Positions 60,530 to 64,000 of a stretch of DNA of 64,000 nucleotides are shown in pieces; the stretch's first letter is position 1, and the number at the start of each line of letters is the position of its first letter. Where the stretch lies: positions 352,001-416,000 of the forward strand of contig CAWDOD010000010.1 of NCBI GenBank assembly GCA_963803805.1, written 5' to 3'. The position numbers and the translations under genes are program-made. The notes beneath the pieces are model-generated. The model was not told the DNA's origin. It did no database searches and saw nothing but the letters and a program-made list of their open reading frames with translations. The stretch comes from an uncultured cyanobacterium (GTDB lineage Bacteria > Cyanobacteriota > Cyanobacteriia > Cyanobacteriales > CAWCAG01).

Positions 60530-61051
60530 CTAATTATTGATTTCTACAGGGGATTCTGAGTTACTATCTGCTACTTGCAAGTCTTCAATACCAATAGCTA
60601 TTGCACCTATTACTGCCACTGCCATACCAGTTAAGAACCGTAGAGAAAATTGCTGACGGAAAATTAGCCACCCACCCAATGTAGTAAAAATTGGCATCAT
60701 GTTATTCAGCAAAGTTGAATTAGCAATACTGGTTTGAGTTAAAGACCATGCCCAAAGTGCTAAAGATATAGAAAAACTAATTCCTGCTATTAATAATAAG
60801 GCAATCGCTCTTTTTGTATATTCAGGTTTTTGATTTGAAGATTTAAAACCGTTCCAAATAGCAAAAGCTGTTGCCGCAATCAACAGGCGATCGCCGGTAA
60901 TGGTATTGGGTTCGATTTCTACTTCGGCGATCGCAATTAAAATTGAAGCTGAAGCAATTCCTAATAGGGCAAAGCACAAAGCTATTGGTGTTAGCCAACT
61001 TGCTTCTAATTTTACTTTTTGGCCAATTTTACTAAGTTGAAATTGGTACAT
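60530..61051 (-). pseudogene. Truncated DMT/EamA transporter (first repeat only)
   Basis: WAWSLTQTSIANSTLLNNMMPIFT EamA motif; ends after ~5 TM with an unrelated tail. Confidence 0.6.
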
Positions 61052-61083
61052 AAGTGTTCGTTTGATGACAAAAGAATTAACTA

Positions 61084-61125
61084 GTAGCTAAGAATACATT
61101 TTTACTTGAGCTAATTGTATACAGT
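61084..61125 (+). promoter_or_regulatory. Canonical NtcA-activated promoter of the permease-hpxO-uraH operon
   Basis: GTA-GCTAAGAA-TAC (61084-61097), exactly 22 nt, then TACAGT (61120-61125). Confidence 0.8.
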
Positions 61126-61174
61126 ATACGTTATGTCTGAATAAACTCTTAAGTACAATTCCTCAGTTCAACAA

Positions 61175-62568
61175 ATGACAAATCAAGAAATAACTTTGGA
61201 AACAGACGATGTGCAAACAGAAGTACCATCTAGGATTGAATCAGACCTAATTTATGGTCTAGAAGCTCGCCCACCTTTTGTCGAGACAATATTTGTGGCC
61301 TTGCAGCACGTATTTGCCTGTTTTGTAGGAATTATTACCCCTGGATTGATTATTTGTGGTGCTTTAGAAGTACCTCCTGCTGATACTACCTTTATTCTTA
61401 GTATGTCTCTGGTAGTTTCAGGCATTGCAACCTTTATTCAAGCCAAAAGATTTGGCCCTGTGGGTTCAGGTTTACTAAGTGTTCAGGGAACAAGCTTTGC
61501 TTTTCTAGCCCCATTATCGGAGCAGGATTAGCAGTAAAAGGAGCTGGTGGCACTCCTCAAGAAGCCCTAAAACTTATCTTTGGCCTTTGCTTCTTTGGGG
61601 CATTTATCGAAATTTTTATTAGTCGTTTCTTGCACCTAGCTAATAAACTTATTACACCCTTAGTTACAGGAGTGGTAGTAACTCTAATTGGTTTGACTCT
61701 GATTAAAGTGGGTATTACCTCTATGGGTGGTGGTGTACCAGCCCAGAATGCTGAAACTTTCGGTAGCCCAGTTTTTTTAGGGGTAGCATTTTTAGTTTTA
61801 GCAGTAATTATTGCCCTCAATAGCACAACCAATAACTACCTACGGATGGCATCAATTGTCATTGGCTTAGTAGTAGGTTTTCTGGTTTCTATCCCATTAG
61901 GGCTAGTAGATTTTAGCAATTTAGCTAGCTTACCACCCGTTGCTTTGCCGATCCCTTTTCGCTATGGTTTAGGATTTGATTTTGGCGCATTTATTCCTTT
62001 TGCTTTTTTGTACTTAATTACGGCAATTGAGTCTATCGGGGATTTAACAGCTACTTCGGCTATTTCTGGTGAACCAATTGAAGGGCCCATATACTTCAAA
62101 CGCATCAAAGGTGGAATCTTAGGGGACGGGATTAACTCAATTATCGCCGCTTGCTTCAACACCTTCCCTAACACCACCTTTAGTCAGAATAATGGTGTGA
62201 TTCAACTAACCGGAGTAGGAAGTCGCTATGTGGGCTATTTTATCTCCGTAATCTTTGTCATTCTGGGTTTATTCCCCATAGTAGCGGGAGTTTTCCAAGC
62301 CCTACCCCAGCCTGTATTGGGTGGTGCAACCATTGTGATGTTTGGTACAGTAGCCGTAGCAGGAATTAAAATTCTCTCTTGTGTCAATCTTACTAAGCGT
62401 AACTCTATTATCCTCGCCGTATCTCTTGGTTTAGGTTTGGGCGTTACCTTTGTTCCCGAAATCCTAGAGAATATGCCTCCTTTAGTTACAAGCCTTTTCT
62501 CCTCTGGTATTTCAACAGGAGGAGTTAGTGCATTATTGTTGAATTTAATTTTGCCAGGAAGAGAGTAA
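61175..62568 (+). CDS. NCS2 xanthine/urate permease, split by a -1 frameshift in the C-run at 61509-61512
   Basis: ALQH, QGTSFAF, ESIGD, TFSQNNGVIQLTG (NAT motif); adding one C gives FLAPIIGAGL. Confidence 0.88.
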
Positions 62569-62571
62569 AAG

Positions 62572-63735
62572 ATGTACCAACTAAAAGCAATTGTAATTGG
62601 CGCAGGTATGGCTGGATTAGCCACAGGAATTGCTTTGCGTCAAGCAGGATATGAAGTAGAAATTTATGAGAAAACCAGAAAGCTTCGTCCTGCGGGGGCG
62701 GGGATTTCTCTTTGGTCTAATGGCATTAAAGTTCTCAATAAATTAGGGCTGGGTAAAGAGGTTGCAGCTATTGGCGGGCAGATGAACCGCATGGAGTATC
62801 GTAACAAACAAGGTGAGGTCTTAAATAATGTTAACTTAATACCTTTAATGGAACAGGTAGGACAAAGACCTTATCCTGTCTCCCGTACCGACTTGCAGCA
62901 GATGATGCTAAATGCTTTTGGTGAAGCAGATGTCCGCATGGGAATGCGTTGTGTGGAAGTTAAGCAGAATGCCGATAGTGCTACAGCAGTGTTTGAAGAT
63001 GGTACTACTGCTACAGGGGATGTGGTCATTGGTGCAGATGGTATACATTCAGTGGTGCGTACTTACTTAAACGGTGACAAAGTTGAACCCCGCTATGCCG
63101 GTTATGTTAACTGGAATGGTTTAGTAGAAGCTAGTCCTGATTTAGCAGAAGGTGATGTTTGGGTAATCTATGTTGGGGAAGGAAAACGCGCTTCGATGAT
63201 GCCTGTGGGAGGAAATAGGTTTTATTTCTTCTGCGGTTGTCCTCAACCTCAAGGGACAAAGACACCTCCAGAAAAGATCCGGGCTGAGTTGCAAGAAATC
63301 TTTGCAGGTTGGGCGCAACCAGTACAAAACTTGATTGCAAAACTTGATCCTCAACAGGTTAACCGTCTGGAAATTAGTGATATTGACCCTCTTGCTAATT
63401 TGGTTGAAGGTAGAATTGCTTTGGTAGGAGACTCTGCTCACGCTACTACTCCTACATTAGGACAGGGAGGTTGCCAAGCGATGGAGGATGCAGAGGTATT
63501 ATGTCGCTATTTGGTAACAACTAATATTAGCGTTGAAGATGCCTTAAAACGTTATGAGGCTGCACGGAAAGAAAGGGTGGCAAAGCTAGTTTTGAAAGCT
63601 CGTAAACGTACAGATACTATTTATAATAAAGAGCCAGATTTAACTCAGCAATGGTATGAGCAATTAAAGCAGGAAGAGGAAAAAGATGTTACTGATGCGA
63701 TCGCGAAAATTATTTTAGGAGGCCCTTTACATTAA
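62572..63735 (+). CDS. hpxO: FAD-dependent urate hydroxylase
   Basis: GAGMAG, GAGISLWSNG, GADGIHS, YVNWNG, GDSAHATTPTLGQG; purine catabolism context. Confidence 0.9.
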   Translation: MYQLKAIVIGAGMAGLATGIALRQAGYEVEIYEKTRKLRPAGAGISLWSNGIKVLNKLGLGKEVAAIGGQMNRMEYRNKQGEVLNNVNLIPLMEQVGQRPYPVSRTDLQQMMLNAFGEADVRMGMRCVEVKQNADSATAVFEDGTTATGDVVIGADGIHSVVRTYLNGDKVEPRYAGYVNWNGLVEASPDLAEGDVWVIYVGEGKRASMMPVGGNRFYFFCGCPQPQGTKTPPEKIRAELQEIFAGWAQPVQNLIAKLDPQQVNRLEISDIDPLANLVEGRIALVGDSAHATTPTLGQGGCQAMEDAEVLCRYLVTTNISVEDALKRYEAARKERVAKLVLKARKRTDTIYNKEPDLTQQWYEQLKQEEEKDVTDAIAKIILGGPLH

Positions 63736-64000
63736 TGTCAGGAAAACTAACAACTCACGTTTTGGATACAGCCAATGGTTGCCCTGGTAAAGGAATTGCG
63801 GTCGCTCTTTGGAATTTGGATTCTAAAACTCTGTTAAAAACAATAGAAACTAATCATGATGGCCGTACCGATGAACCATTATTAAATTCCCAAGAAATGG
63901 AAAAGGGAGTCTATGAATTAGTGTTTAGTGTTGGTGATTATTTTGCCCAATTTTCTACCTATTCTATGCCTCTTTTTTTAGACGAAATTCCCATCCGTTT
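63735..64000 (+). CDS. uraH: 5-hydroxyisourate hydrolase (transthyretin-like), partial
   Basis: TAATG overlap with hpxO; MSGKLTTHVLDTANGCPG...TNHDGRTD...YELVF...FLDEIPIR. Confidence 0.9.
   Translation, partial: MSGKLTTHVLDTANGCPGKGIAVALWNLDSKTLLKTIETNHDGRTDEPLLNSQEMEKGVYELVFSVGDYFAQFSTYSMPLFLDEIPIR

Overview
Chromosomal window from an AT-rich cyanobacterium, shown by frequent HIP1 GCGATCGC octamers, psbZ, rpaA, bicA, ycf23 and heptamer tandem repeats. It is mostly housekeeping genes (dacB, rpaA, murA, lpdA, trpC, glmU, cysE, gmk, remA, ribH, psbZ, tRNA nucleotidyltransferase), with tRNA-Leu(CAG), tRNA-Arg(CCG), ergothioneine genes (egtC/egtB), a type II R-M locus and a purine/urate catabolism cluster running off the right end. 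The most notable items are: (1) a DarB/StlD-type ketosynthase fused to a heme-oxygenase-like diiron domain, coupled to an unknown gene (19313-22023), a candidate new lipid or natural-product pathway; (2) a 1437-aa protein with a putative RelE-like N-terminus, an SF1/UvrD helicase core and a helical TPR-like C-terminus (54862-59175), a candidate defence or conflict protein; (3) two tandem copies of a ~55-nt sRNA gene, each with its own promoter and terminator and resembling NsiR1 (29856-30176); (4) a 62-aa internally repeated microprotein with an NtcA box in a repressing position. Several transcription-factor sites can be read directly (Zur/Fur, NdhR, NtcA, a shared TTGTATACAGTAT motif). Four single-base frameshifts, one in normally essential murA, are most simply explained as sequencing errors. 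All family assignments come from motif recognition and recall, with no database searches.
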